Shown here: positions 34,065 to 43,435 of the stretch, piece by piece
Layout: every line of letters starts with the position of its first letter
Numbering within the stretch: position 1 is the first letter of the stretch
From: Acidimicrobiales bacterium
GTDB taxonomy: Bacteria > Actinomycetota > Acidimicrobiia > Acidimicrobiales > Aldehydirespiratoraceae
DNA length: 64,000 nt
Assembly: GCA_041687805.1 (NCBI GenBank)
Contig: JBDNJK010000121.1
Coordinates: 19,222-83,221, forward strand
Reading direction: 5' to 3'
The notes under the pieces: generated by a model
The model's input: the letters and a program-made list of their open reading frames with translations, nothing else
Told to the model about the DNA's origin: nothing
Database searches by the model: none
Program-made: the position numbers and the translations under genes

Positions 34065-36716
34065 TTGCCCAGCGCACTAGTCATCGTCGAATCACCAGCA
34101 AAGGCCAAGACCATTGCCAGCTATCTGGGTGACGGCTACATCGTCGAGCCGTCGATCGGTCACATACGTGACCTGCCCAAGAACGCGTCAGAGGTCCCGG
34201 CTGCCTACAAAGGCGAGTCTTGGGCGCGCATCGGAATTGATGTCGACAACGATTTCAAGCCGCTCTATGTGGTCAGCTCCGACAAGAAGGACCAGATCAA
34301 GAAGCTGAAGGCCGCATTGGCCAAGGTCGACGAGCTCTATCTGGCAACTGATGAGGATCGTGAGGGCGAGGCCATTGCATGGCATCTTCTCGAGGTCCTC
34401 AACCCACGCGTGCCGGTGAAACGCATGGTGTTCCACGAGATCACCAAGGAGGCGATTGCCAAAGCGATGGAAAACCCCCGAGACATCGACTCCAAAATGG
34501 TCGATGCCCAGGAGGCTCGCCGTCTTCTCGATCGACTGTTTGGTTACGAGGTCTCGCCGGTCTTGTGGAAGAAGGTCATGCCGTCACTGTCGGCAGGACG
34601 TGTGCAAAGCGTTGCCACCCGCATAGTGGTGGAGCGGGAACGCGAGCGAATGCAGTTCGTGTCTGCGGGCTACTGGAGCCTTCAAGGTCGTTTTGGTGTG
34701 CCGGGCACAAGTGCTCACGAATTCACCGCCGCGCTGGTAGCGCTTGACGGAGTTCGGATTGCCAAAGGTGGCGACTTCGGGCAAGACGGCAGGGTGTCTC
34801 GACAAGACGTGACCGTGCTCGGTCAGTCGACGGCAAACGGTCTGGTGGGCCAGCTCGCCGGGCTGGCATTCACCGTGAGGTCGCGCGAGTCGAAGCCTTA
34901 CCGTCGTCGGCCGGCAGCACCTTTCACCACCTCGACTTTCCAGCAGGAAGCCGGCCGCAAGTTGAGGTTGTCCTCGGCGATGGCGATGCGCACAGCGCAG
35001 TCGCTCTACGAAAAGGGCTTCATCACTTACATGCGAACCGACAGCACCACGTTGTCGGAGACAGCTGTGCGTGCCGCGCGCGGCACGATTGGTGAGCGCT
35101 ACGGCAACGACTTCCTACCCGACTCGCCGAGGCTCTACACGAAGAAGGCCAAGAACGCCCAGGAGGCCCATGAGGCCATCCGGCCGGCCGGCGATAGTTT
35201 CCGCTCACCCGATCAGGTGGCCAAGCAGGTATCGAGGTCGGAGGCTGAGGTCTACGAACTGATCTGGAAGCGAGCAGTCGCTTCGCAGATGACCGACTGC
35301 ACCGGCGAGACCGTGCAAATCAGGCTTGGGAGCGTCACACCCGTTGGTACCGACGCGGAATTTTCCGCAACCGGCACGGTGATCCGTCATCGTGGTTTTC
35401 GCGAGGTCTACGAGGAACACACCGTTACCGATGCCGATGATGAGGAGCGTCAGCTTCCCCCGATTGAGGTGGATGATTCCGTCGATGCGCGTGGATTCGA
35501 TCCTGAGGGCCACGAGACCCAGCCCCCGGCTCGCTTCACGGAGGCGTCTCTGGTGAAACGGCTCGAAGAACTTGGCGTGGGGCGTCCATCGACCTATGCG
35601 TCAATCATCGGCACCATCCAAAACCGTGGTTACGTGTGGAAGAAAGGGGCGGCGCTCATCCCGTCGTTCACAGCGTTCTCGGTCATCAATTTGCTTGAGG
35701 GCCACTTCCCGGACCTGGTCGACTACGCCTTCACCGCCCGAATGGAAGACGATCTCGACAAGATTGCTGGTGGATCCGAGGATCCGGTTCCTTGGTTGGC
35801 CCGTTTCTACTTCGGACACGACTCCGAGGAGGGCTTGAAGGAGAAGGTGTCGAGTCGCCTCGGCGATATCGATGCCCGAGCAGTGAACTCGATCCCGGTT
35901 GGAGTCACCGAAGACGGCGAGCCAGTCGTGGTGAGAGTCGGCCGCTACGGCCCATACGTGCAAAAGGGCGACCAATCGGCATCGATTCCCGAAGACATCC
36001 CCCCTGATGAGTTGAATCTGGCCAAGGCCCTCGAATATTTGGCCATCCCGAAGGATGGTCGCGAACTGGGTATCGATCCAGAGACGGGTCTCACCATCTT
36101 TGCCAAGGCCGGCCGATTCGGACCTTATGTGCAGTTGGGCGCCCACGAGGATGTCGATGACAAGCCGCGAACGGGTTCACTCTTTTCGACTATGTCTCTT
36201 GAACGGGTCACTCTTGAAGACGCACTGCAGCTGTTGTCGTTGCCAAGAACTGTCGGAGCGGATCCGGCCGATGGAATCGAGATCACGGTTCAAAACGGTC
36301 GCTATGGCCCGTATGTCAAGAAGGGCACCGACAGTCGGAGTCTCGACACTGAGGAGAAATTGTTCACGGTCACTCTCGACGAGTGTCTGACAATTCTCGC
36401 CCAGCCCAAGCGCCGCCGCGGGCAAACGGCAAAGCCCCCGTTGCGTGAGATTGGGGAGGACCCGGTTTCCGGGAAGCCCATGGTGGTGAAGGACGGTCGT
36501 TTCGGACCATACGTGACCGATGGCGATACGAACGCCTCACTACGCAAGGGCGACACCGTCGAGGAATTGACGGTGGAACGAGCCACAGAACTTCTCGCCG
36601 ATCGACGCGCCAAAGGACCAGCCAAGAAGAAGGCGCGCAAGAAGGCGACCAAGAAGAAGGCGACCAAGAAGACGGTTGCGGCGCCTGTGTCGGATACGAC
36701 ATCAGCGTCGTTGTGA
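34065..36716 (+). CDS. topA: DNA topoisomerase I
   Basis: TOPRIM LVIVESPAKAKTI, catalytic region ITYMRTDS, repeated GRFGPYV C-terminal modules and a Lys-rich tail. Confidence 0.95.
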   Translation: MPSALVIVESPAKAKTIASYLGDGYIVEPSIGHIRDLPKNASEVPAAYKGESWARIGIDVDNDFKPLYVVSSDKKDQIKKLKAALAKVDELYLATDEDREGEAIAWHLLEVLNPRVPVKRMVFHEITKEAIAKAMENPRDIDSKMVDAQEARRLLDRLFGYEVSPVLWKKVMPSLSAGRVQSVATRIVVERERERMQFVSAGYWSLQGRFGVPGTSAHEFTAALVALDGVRIAKGGDFGQDGRVSRQDVTVLGQSTANGLVGQLAGLAFTVRSRESKPYRRRPAAPFTTSTFQQEAGRKLRLSSAMAMRTAQSLYEKGFITYMRTDSTTLSETAVRAARGTIGERYGNDFLPDSPRLYTKKAKNAQEAHEAIRPAGDSFRSPDQVAKQVSRSEAEVYELIWKRAVASQMTDCTGETVQIRLGSVTPVGTDAEFSATGTVIRHRGFREVYEEHTVTDADDEERQLPPIEVDDSVDARGFDPEGHETQPPARFTEASLVKRLEELGVGRPSTYASIIGTIQNRGYVWKKGAALIPSFTAFSVINLLEGHFPDLVDYAFTARMEDDLDKIAGGSEDPVPWLARFYFGHDSEEGLKEKVSSRLGDIDARAVNSIPVGVTEDGEPVVVRVGRYGPYVQKGDQSASIPEDIPPDELNLAKALEYLAIPKDGRELGIDPETGLTIFAKAGRFGPYVQLGAHEDVDDKPRTGSLFSTMSLERVTLEDALQLLSLPRTVGADPADGIEITVQNGRYGPYVKKGTDSRSLDTEEKLFTVTLDECLTILAQPKRRRGQTAKPPLREIGEDPVSGKPMVVKDGRFGPYVTDGDTNASLRKGDTVEELTVERATELLADRRAKGPAKKKARKKATKKKATKKTVAAPVSDTTSASL

Positions 36717-36795
36717 TCACCGCACACGCGGTCGCCTAGTCTCATCTCCCGTGACGGATGATTTTCGTACCGCTGGAGAGCGCCTGGGTGGAGCC

Positions 36796-38205
36796 ATGGG
36801 TGCAACGCGCGGGTCGGGTCGTATAGATCAGGCGTTCGGTAGTCGCGACTTCTTTTGGCTTTGGATCGCCCAGGTAATTTCCGCGACGGGTGATTGGTTG
36901 GGCCTTCTGGCGATCATTGCACTTTCGGCCTCGATTTCGGAAGGTTCGGAAGGTACGGCGATCGCGGTGGTGCTGGCGGCACGAGTGGCGCCGGGCTTCT
37001 TCCTTGGAACGGCGGCAGGGGTGATCGTCGATCGTCTGAATCGCCGTCACGTCATGATCGCTTGTGACTTCGGTCGGGCGGCGGTGTTGGTGACGCTTCC
37101 GTTCGTGACTTCGCTGGTGGGGTTGGTGGTGGCGTCGTTTGCCTTGGAGATCATGACGATGTTGTGGTCTCCGGCGAAGGAGGCGATCGTCCCCAATCTC
37201 GTTCCGAAATCAAAGCTGACCACGGCGAATTCCCTCAACGTTGCCGCCGCCTACGGCATGTTCCCAGTCGCCGCCGGTCTGGCCGCGTTGTTGGCAAAGG
37301 TTTCGCTGGCGTTGCCGGCCGAAGGTTGGGTAGACACATGGCGGCTCAACGCTGAGGGTTTGGCCTTCTATGTCGACAGCTTGTCTTTCGTTGTCACCGG
37401 TCTGATCATCTGGAAAATTTCCATTCCGATCCGATCCAGGGCGGAGCGGTCTGAGAAGCGGATGGGAAATCTGGATTTGGGCGGGGCATGGCGTGAGCTT
37501 CGCGAAGGGTGGGAGGTCATCGCCTCCAACCCGATAGTCAGGTCAGTCAACATCGGTCTTGCGACCGGGGTCATCGGCGGAGGGATGCTCGTGCCTCTCG
37601 GCTCGATTTTCGTCGACCAGGTTCTCTCGGGAACTGAGGCCGATTTCAACCTTGTCTTGTTCGCTCTCGGGCTGGGCATGGCTCTGGGAGTTGTCGCAGC
37701 GAGTTTGCTACAGGAGAAGATCAACCGAGCGAGGGTATTTCCGTTGGCCATTCTCGTAGCGGGGGGAGCCTTGTTTTCGGCTGCGTCCGCGAGTTGGCTC
37801 TCGGTGCTGGTCCCCGCAGTTGGTGTGCTCGGGTTTGCCGCCGGCCCGATTTATGTTTTGGGTTTCACTCTCCTCCACGAAAATGTGGAGGATGAATTTC
37901 GGGGCCGGATCTTTTCGGCTCTTCTCGTTCTCGTCAGGTTGTGCCTGTTGATTGCGCTTGCGGTGGCTCCTCTCCTGTCTGAGATTCTTGATCGAATTTC
38001 TAATCGTTGGTGGGGCGGCATAATTCATCCACTTGGGTTCGAGATCCTTGTGCCTGGTGTGCGCATCACGTTGTGGCTGGCGGCATTGATCATTCTCGCC
38101 GCGGGCTTCCTTGCTTCGGCCAGCGTCAAGTCCGATCCGATCGCCTCGGGTCTGTCAGGCGACGAGGCCACCACCGGATCAGATGATTCGGAGGTCAGAA
38201 GTTGA
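36796..38205 (+). CDS. MFS transporter
   Basis: About 12 TM helices and a GVIVDRLNRR loop motif. Start is ATG 36796 (GGTGGAG upstream) or GTG 36751. Confidence 0.7.
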   Translation: MGATRGSGRIDQAFGSRDFFWLWIAQVISATGDWLGLLAIIALSASISEGSEGTAIAVVLAARVAPGFFLGTAAGVIVDRLNRRHVMIACDFGRAAVLVTLPFVTSLVGLVVASFALEIMTMLWSPAKEAIVPNLVPKSKLTTANSLNVAAAYGMFPVAAGLAALLAKVSLALPAEGWVDTWRLNAEGLAFYVDSLSFVVTGLIIWKISIPIRSRAERSEKRMGNLDLGGAWRELREGWEVIASNPIVRSVNIGLATGVIGGGMLVPLGSIFVDQVLSGTEADFNLVLFALGLGMALGVVAASLLQEKINRARVFPLAILVAGGALFSAASASWLSVLVPAVGVLGFAAGPIYVLGFTLLHENVEDEFRGRIFSALLVLVRLCLLIALAVAPLLSEILDRISNRWWGGIIHPLGFEILVPGVRITLWLAALIILAAGFLASASVKSDPIASGLSGDEATTGSDDSEVRS

Positions 38206-38807
38206 GTGGAAAGCTGATCGCATTCGAAGGCGCCGATGCGTCCGGAAAGTCGACGCAGGCCCGCCTCTATGCGGCCTCGATCGGGGCCCTGTTCACGTTT
38301 CAGTTCGGAGCTACCCGAATCGGCAGTGCCATCCGAGAGGTGGTTCTCGATAATGCGCATCAGGAACTCGATGACCGCACCGAGGCATTGCTGATCATCG
38401 CCGACAAAGCCCAACACGTGTCAGAAGTGGTTGGGCCGGCTCTCACCGATGGGCTAACAGTGGTGTCTGATCGTTTCACGGCTTCCGCTCTCGCCTATCA
38501 GGGCTATGGCAGGGGACTTGATCTGGACGCGCTCATTTCGATGATGGACTTCGCCACTCACGGTCTGAAACCTGATCTGACGGTGTTGCTCGACGTGGAT
38601 GTCGAGGTGGCACGTATCCGTCTCGGCGACGACACCGATCGAATAGAGGGAGCCGGTTCACATCTCCAGCAGCGGGTCCGAGACGGGTATCTCGAAATGG
38701 CCGGGATGGATCCTGAGCACTGGCTGGTGATCGACGCTAACGGTTCAGTGGAGGAGGTCGCCAGCCGAGTGGCGGACGGTATTCGTGGATGGGATGCAAC
38801 GTCATGA
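38202..38807 (+). CDS. tmk: thymidylate kinase
   Basis: LIAFEGADASGKSTQ P-loop and DRF motif. Confidence 0.85.
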   Translation: MSGKLIAFEGADASGKSTQARLYAASIGALFTFQFGATRIGSAIREVVLDNAHQELDDRTEALLIIADKAQHVSEVVGPALTDGLTVVSDRFTASALAYQGYGRGLDLDALISMMDFATHGLKPDLTVLLDVDVEVARIRLGDDTDRIEGAGSHLQQRVRDGYLEMAGMDPEHWLVIDANGSVEEVASRVADGIRGWDATS

Positions 38808-39895
38808 CCGATATCGCATCTGTGAATGATGTGGCATCCCCAACCGATCCGTGGGCGGTGGTGATTGGTCAACCCACAGTGGTCAGAAGCCTTCGCGCCG
38901 CCACCAACAACCCGGTTCACGCCTACTTGTTCGTCGGCCCGTCCGGCACCGGCAAATTGGCAACTTCGGCCGTATTCGCCGGTGAGTTGCTGGCGGCGGC
39001 AGACCCCGAAAATGCTGCCCGTCACCGGTCGCTTGCTTCACGATTTGTCCACCCCGACGTGAAGGTGGTGACCCCCACCGGCAGTGTGTTTCGCATTGAG
39101 GAGAGCAAGCTGATGGTCACCGAGGCGAGTCGGTCACCGGTGGAAGGAAACCGCAAGGTGGTGATCGCTGAGCGGTTCCATGATGCCAATGCCAACGCCA
39201 TGCCGGTGTTGTTGAAGGTGGCCGAGGAACCGCCTGAAAGCACCATCTTCATATTCCTGGCCGACTTTCTGCAGCCCGAGCAGGTCACTGTCGCGTCACG
39301 GTGCACGTCCATTGAGTTCAGGGCCATCCCCGAGGATCTCATTGTCGATGCGCTCGTTGCGCAAGACGCCAGCCCGGAGGTCGCGCGGCGAGCGGCCGAG
39401 GCGGCCGGGGGAAGCGTGGAACGTGCCCGGCTCCTGGTGAGCGATCAACGACTCATGGCCAGACGTGATGCTTGGTGGTCGATTCCGGATCGACTCGATG
39501 GCACCGGTGCCGCAGTCGTGGTGATGGTCGATGAGATCAGATCGATGATCGATGATTCGATGACGGCCCTCAAGGATGTCCAACAGCGTGAACTCGATGC
39601 TCTCGATAAGCACGAGAAGGAATTCGGCACGCGTGGGTCTGGCAGACCCGACATCGAGTCACATCACAAGCGCATCGCTCGACGGCATCGCACCGATGAA
39701 CTCGTCTTCGGATTCGCCACGTTGGCCCGCCGCTATCGCGAGGCGATCGTCGACGCTGGTCCCCAAGAAACGAAACAAATCGTTGCCGCGGTAAGCCGAC
39801 TCAGCGGGGTTACCGCTTCGCTGGTACGCAGTCCCAATGAGTCTTTGTTGCTTACGGCGCTGCTGCTCGATCTGCCCCGTTCGTTGAGTGGGTGA
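38804..39895 (+). CDS. holB: DNA polymerase III subunit delta-prime
   Basis: HAYLFVGPSGTGK. ATGA overlap with tmk. The topA-tmk-holB order matches other actinobacteria. Confidence 0.8.
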   Translation: MTDIASVNDVASPTDPWAVVIGQPTVVRSLRAATNNPVHAYLFVGPSGTGKLATSAVFAGELLAAADPENAARHRSLASRFVHPDVKVVTPTGSVFRIEESKLMVTEASRSPVEGNRKVVIAERFHDANANAMPVLLKVAEEPPESTIFIFLADFLQPEQVTVASRCTSIEFRAIPEDLIVDALVAQDASPEVARRAAEAAGGSVERARLLVSDQRLMARRDAWWSIPDRLDGTGAAVVVMVDEIRSMIDDSMTALKDVQQRELDALDKHEKEFGTRGSGRPDIESHHKRIARRHRTDELVFGFATLARRYREAIVDAGPQETKQIVAAVSRLSGVTASLVRSPNESLLLTALLLDLPRSLSG

Positions 39896-40721
39896 TGGCG
39901 AACCAGAGCGGAATTGCCACGAGCAACAGCGCGCCCAGCACGTTGCCAAGTGCGGCGGGTATGAGGCTCCAACCAAATGCCGGGCCCCAGCCAGGGCCGT
40001 AACCGCTGCGCTGGGCGAGCGAGAAGTAGCCCATGTTTGCTGGGCTGTGGAGGAATCCTCCGGCGACGAAGAGGCTCACCGTGAGGAAGATGGGAATATA
40101 TTTACCGATGATCGTGCGCCCCATTACCGACAAGAACGCGGCGATTCCCACGAGCCAGTTGGCGATGGCACCAGAGAGAACGGCTTTGAACCAACCGTCG
40201 GCTCCCCCTACTTCGCGGAACCGCATTTTCGCCGCCACTATGTCCTGAAGTTGTTCGTGAAAACCGGGGCTGAACTTGGACACTTCGACCATGGCCCAGC
40301 CCATGCAGTAGGCCCCGATCATGTTGCCGAGGGCGGCCAACCCCCACAGTTTGGCAACTTGACGGCCCAAGGCCCTCGGGTCTCCGCCAAGCAGGGTGGC
40401 GGGCATCTCGACGTTGATTTCGGTGAAGAGAAGCGACCCGGTGAGTACGACGAGGAAAAATCCTGTCGAGAACCCGAATCCCTCAAGCAGCTTTTCGGTT
40501 CCGGGATTGGTCGAGCCTTCCGATAACAACACGGAGAACAAGGCCCCGGCGGTGATGAAGGAGCCGGCGAGTATCGACAACACCAGTACTTGAGTGGTCG
40601 ACATCGAATTGGCTCGCTTCGATCCAACTTCGGCCATTTCGAGCAACACCTTCTCGGGTGGAAGATGCTGGGTGGGTGGCAAATTATCGAGAGGAGATCG
40701 GGCCGAGTTGTCGCTGGTCAC
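39852..40721 (-). CDS. formate/nitrite transporter (FNT) family channel
   Basis: Six-TM FNT pattern (FLVVLTGSLLFTE..., ANWLVGIAAFL, FLHSPANM). Confidence 0.8.
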   Translation of the reverse strand: MTSDNSARSPLDNLPPTQHLPPEKVLLEMAEVGSKRANSMSTTQVLVLSILAGSFITAGALFSVLLSEGSTNPGTEKLLEGFGFSTGFFLVVLTGSLLFTEINVEMPATLLGGDPRALGRQVAKLWGLAALGNMIGAYCMGWAMVEVSKFSPGFHEQLQDIVAAKMRFREVGGADGWFKAVLSGAIANWLVGIAAFLSVMGRTIIGKYIPIFLTVSLFVAGGFLHSPANMGYFSLAQRSGYGPGWGPAFGWSLIPAALGNVLGALLLVAIPLWFAITHSTNGADRAAAP

Positions 40722-40832
40722 ACCAAACCTTACCGATGATCGAAGTGTCGGCTGGCGGGCTCAACCTCATGAGTGTCCGGTGGCTCTCGGAAAGAGGATC
40801 CGTGCACGGGTTTTGGTACCTTCAACGGTCCC

Positions 40833-40905
40833 GCCCGAGTAGCTCAGTTGGTAGAGCGACGCTCTCGTAAAGCGTAGGTCAGGAGTTCAATTCTCCTCTC
40901 GGGCT
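40833..40905 (+). tRNA. tRNA-Thr (anticodon CGU)
   Basis: 73 nt. Acceptor GCCCGAG/CTCGGGC, anticodon arm ACGCT-CTCGTAA-AGCGT, T arm AGGAG-TTCAATT-CTCCT. Confidence 0.9.
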
Positions 40906-40939
40906 CAGAGTTGTGTGTCGATCGGGAATTGGAGGTTGC

Positions 40940-41572
40940 GTGGCCGATCAGGAGAATTTTGCCGAGGACGCCATGCCACTGATGACATCGCTCTATTCGG
41001 GTGCTTTGCGCATGACGCGAAATCCCGCCGATGCCGAAGATCTGGTGCAAGAGACCTATCTGAAGGCCTACCGCGCCTACGGCAGGTTCGAGGCCGGCAC
41101 CAACCTCAAGGCGTGGATGTACCGCATCCTCACCAACACGTTCATCAACTCTTACCGCAAAAAGCAGCGCCGTCCGACGGAATCAGAATTCGACGCCGAC
41201 GAGATCTATCTCTACAACCGGCTGGGTGGAGCGGAAGGCGCTGTGTTGAATCGCAGCGCCGAGGATGAGCTGATGGATTTATTCGGAGAGGCTGAGGTCA
41301 AAGAGGCGGTCGAGAGTCTCGCGGATCACTATCGGATACCCGTGTTGCTCGCCGATGTCGAGGGATTCTCATACAAAGAAATTGCCGAGATTCTCGATAT
41401 TCCCATTGGCACGGTGATGAGTCGCCTCCACCGGGGAAGAAATCAGCTTCAGAAGCGGTTATACGAATTTGCCAAGGATCGACGGCTGCTGCCCGACGTT
41501 CAGGCCCCGGCGGTTGTCGGTGCCATGGCAGCCGACCCGTCCACCCCCAACGACTCTGACGATGAGATCTGA
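40940..41572 (+). CDS. ECF sigma factor, SigH/SigR-like
   Basis: [14 protein letters not shown]...AWMYRILTN (region 2) and [25 protein letters not shown] (region 4). GTG at 40940 follows GGAGG. Confidence 0.85.
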   Translation: MADQENFAEDAMPLMTSLYSGALRMTRNPADAEDLVQETYLKAYRAYGRFEAGTNLKAWMYRILTNTFINSYRKKQRRPTESEFDADEIYLYNRLGGAEGAVLNRSAEDELMDLFGEAEVKEAVESLADHYRIPVLLADVEGFSYKEIAEILDIPIGTVMSRLHRGRNQLQKRLYEFAKDRRLLPDVQAPAVVGAMAADPSTPNDSDDEI

Positions 41573-41573
41573 C

Positions 41574-41870
41574 ATGGAACTACCCTGCGATCCAAATTCC
41601 GGTGAGTGTGGTGAGGCTCTGCGTGACCTTTTCGTCTACCTCGACGGTCAGCTCACGGTGGAACGTCGCTTGGTGATCAAGACCCACATCGATTTGTGTT
41701 CGCCGTGTCTCGAGAGGTTCTCGTTCGAGACCGAGCTCCGACAGGTGATTGCGCAGCGCTGTCGTGAGACTGTGCCAGAGTCTCTGAGATTGAAGATCGC
41801 GGAAGCGATCGGATGTGACCCCGCTGGAGTGCTGCCTCCATGCACCGAGGGCGACCTGCCGTTCATGTGA
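41574..41870 (+). CDS. zinc-binding (ZAS) anti-sigma factor, RsrA/RshA-like
   Basis: ECGEAL...THIDLCSPC matches the C-x26-H-x3-C-x2-C pattern of RsrA. Starts 1 nt after the sigma gene's stop. Confidence 0.8.
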   Translation: MELPCDPNSGECGEALRDLFVYLDGQLTVERRLVIKTHIDLCSPCLERFSFETELRQVIAQRCRETVPESLRLKIAEAIGCDPAGVLPPCTEGDLPFM

Positions 41871-41952
41871 GCAATGGCCCCCAGAGCGGCCGACTCTACA
41901 AACGTTGTCAAGGCCACACTTTGGTGTCGTTTGGAACTAAACCGGACCGTCT

Positions 41953-42150
41953 GTGGTTCTTTGGGACATGCGGGTCATAGGAGAGCGGTTCACCAGCACA
42001 GATCGACAGAGCGCTCCGGCAACTTCGGGTCGGGTGTGTTCAGACTCCGAATGTGTCACCGTGCTCAGCATCTACAACGACATGGAGTTCTGCAGCATTC
42101 ACGCTCCGATGGTCGTGCCGAGGATGCGCGGCAAGGTTCTGAACGACTGA
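41953..42150 (+). CDS. small Cys/His-rich protein (putative zinc ribbon), hypothetical
   Basis: CSDSEC...LSIYNDMEFCSIH. The start may be the ATG at 41968. No family recognised. Confidence 0.4.
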   Translation: MVLWDMRVIGERFTSTDRQSAPATSGRVCSDSECVTVLSIYNDMEFCSIHAPMVVPRMRGKVLND

Positions 42151-42181
42151 TCGCCCCGGGCTCGGCGCTGTGAGTGCTGTC

Positions 42182-42343
42182 ATGGCCGGGTCGCCCTCTA
42201 CACTCTCGGCCATGGGCATTCTCGCAGTCGTCTGGCATTACTGGATTGCCGTTCCGCTCGCCGCTGTCTCAGTGGTGGCAGTTCTCGGCACCATCGGTGG
42301 TTACCTGGCAAAGGTCACCTACAGCCGTTATCCCCGCGACTGA
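42182..42343 (+). CDS. small two-TM membrane protein (unannotated sORF)
   Basis: MAGSPSTLSAMGILAVVWHYWIAVPLAAVSVVAVLGTIGGYLAKVTYSRYPRD, 53 aa and so below the ORF-track cutoff. Third positions are GC-rich. The competing track frame here (42174...) is Ser/Pro/Trp-rich and unlike a protein. Confidence 0.35.
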   Translation: MAGSPSTLSAMGILAVVWHYWIAVPLAAVSVVAVLGTIGGYLAKVTYSRYPRD

Positions 42344-42353
42344 AAGCCTTCCC

Positions 42354-43424
42354 TTGTCAGAAGACGCAATCGACTGGGATGTTGCTCGCAAGGTTGCCGA
42401 ACGATTCGGCGGTCGGGAGCCGTTCGCAGGTGCCCTGCATCGCGACGGCCTCGAGGAAGACTTTGCCGAGTTCACCGAACAGGCCGAGGATCTTGTAGCC
42501 GAATGCACGGGGCTGCGCTCGCTCGACGGCAATGCCCGAGGACGGGTCACCAGCCGCGCCGGGTGGGTAGACGCCAACTTGGCCTCGTTCCAGCGTTTGT
42601 TGCGTCCGATCACCGACAAACTCAGTAAGAAACTCGACAAGAATTCGCTGAGTATCGGCGGCAAGTTCGCCGGGGCTGAGCTCGGAATGATGCTCGGGTG
42701 GATGTCGACCCGTGTGCTCGGCCAGTACGACTTGCTCGTGATCGAGGATGAGAAACCCGACGAACAGGACATCGTCTATTTCGTGGCCCCCAACGTGATT
42801 GCGTTGGAACGGCGCTATGCCTTTCCTCAGCGCGAGTTTCGGCTCTGGCTTGCTTTGCACGAGGTCACCCACCGAGCCCAATTCACCGGGGTGCCGTGGA
42901 TGAGGCAACATTTCCTTGGCCTTGTCGAATCAACCATGGACAGCGTCGACCCCGACCCGAAGCGTTTCATGTCGGCGTTGCAGCGGCTGATGGAATCCCG
43001 CCGCAACGGCGAAGATCCAATGGATCAGGGTGGGATGATGGCTCTTTTCGCATCCGAGGAGCAACTTTCTGTCATCAATCAGGTGGCTGGGCTCATGAGC
43101 TTGCTCGAGGGTCACGGCGACATCACGATGGATCGTGCGGGCAAAGATCTCGTTCCGTCGGCCGACCGGTTTGCGCGGGTGCTGCGCGCGCGGCGCCAGA
43201 ACTCGAGCGGTTTCACCAGAGTTTTCCAGAGGCTGGCCGGGTTCGAAGCCAAGATCAAGCAGTACGCCGAGGGCGAACATTTCATCAACGTGGTCGAGGA
43301 CCATGGCGGGTCGGACCTATTCGACCGTGCTTGGGAGAGCCCTGTCAACGTTCCGTCGATCGACGAGATTCGCGATCCGATGTTGTGGATCAAGAGGGTC
43401 GGCATGCCCGACTCCGCCACCTGA
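42354..43424 (+). CDS. zinc-dependent metalloprotease (DUF2342-like, Rv3626c counterpart)
   Basis: HEVTHRAQF HExxH motif. Conserved position upstream of tilS. TTG start at 42354 proposed. Confidence 0.7.
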   Translation: MSEDAIDWDVARKVAERFGGREPFAGALHRDGLEEDFAEFTEQAEDLVAECTGLRSLDGNARGRVTSRAGWVDANLASFQRLLRPITDKLSKKLDKNSLSIGGKFAGAELGMMLGWMSTRVLGQYDLLVIEDEKPDEQDIVYFVAPNVIALERRYAFPQREFRLWLALHEVTHRAQFTGVPWMRQHFLGLVESTMDSVDPDPKRFMSALQRLMESRRNGEDPMDQGGMMALFASEEQLSVINQVAGLMSLLEGHGDITMDRAGKDLVPSADRFARVLRARRQNSSGFTRVFQRLAGFEAKIKQYAEGEHFINVVEDHGGSDLFDRAWESPVNVPSIDEIRDPMLWIKRVGMPDSAT

Positions 43425-43435
43425 CCGTCGCGGTG

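Noticed and set aside
36590-36716. Tandem aag/gcg-rich DNA repeats at the 3' end of topA, and Gly/Ser-rich repeats in clpC (about 56500-56600).
   Set aside because: These are in-frame low-complexity coding sequence: the Lys-rich TopA tail and the ClpC N-domain/D1 linker, both typical of actinobacteria. They are not independent repeat elements.
40906-40975. A SigR/SigH-type autoregulatory promoter (GGAAT-N18-GTT) upstream of the ECF sigma gene. A GGAAT occurs about 14 nt before the proposed GTG start.
   Set aside because: No GTT lies at the required 18-nt spacing, and the element would sit too close to the start codon.
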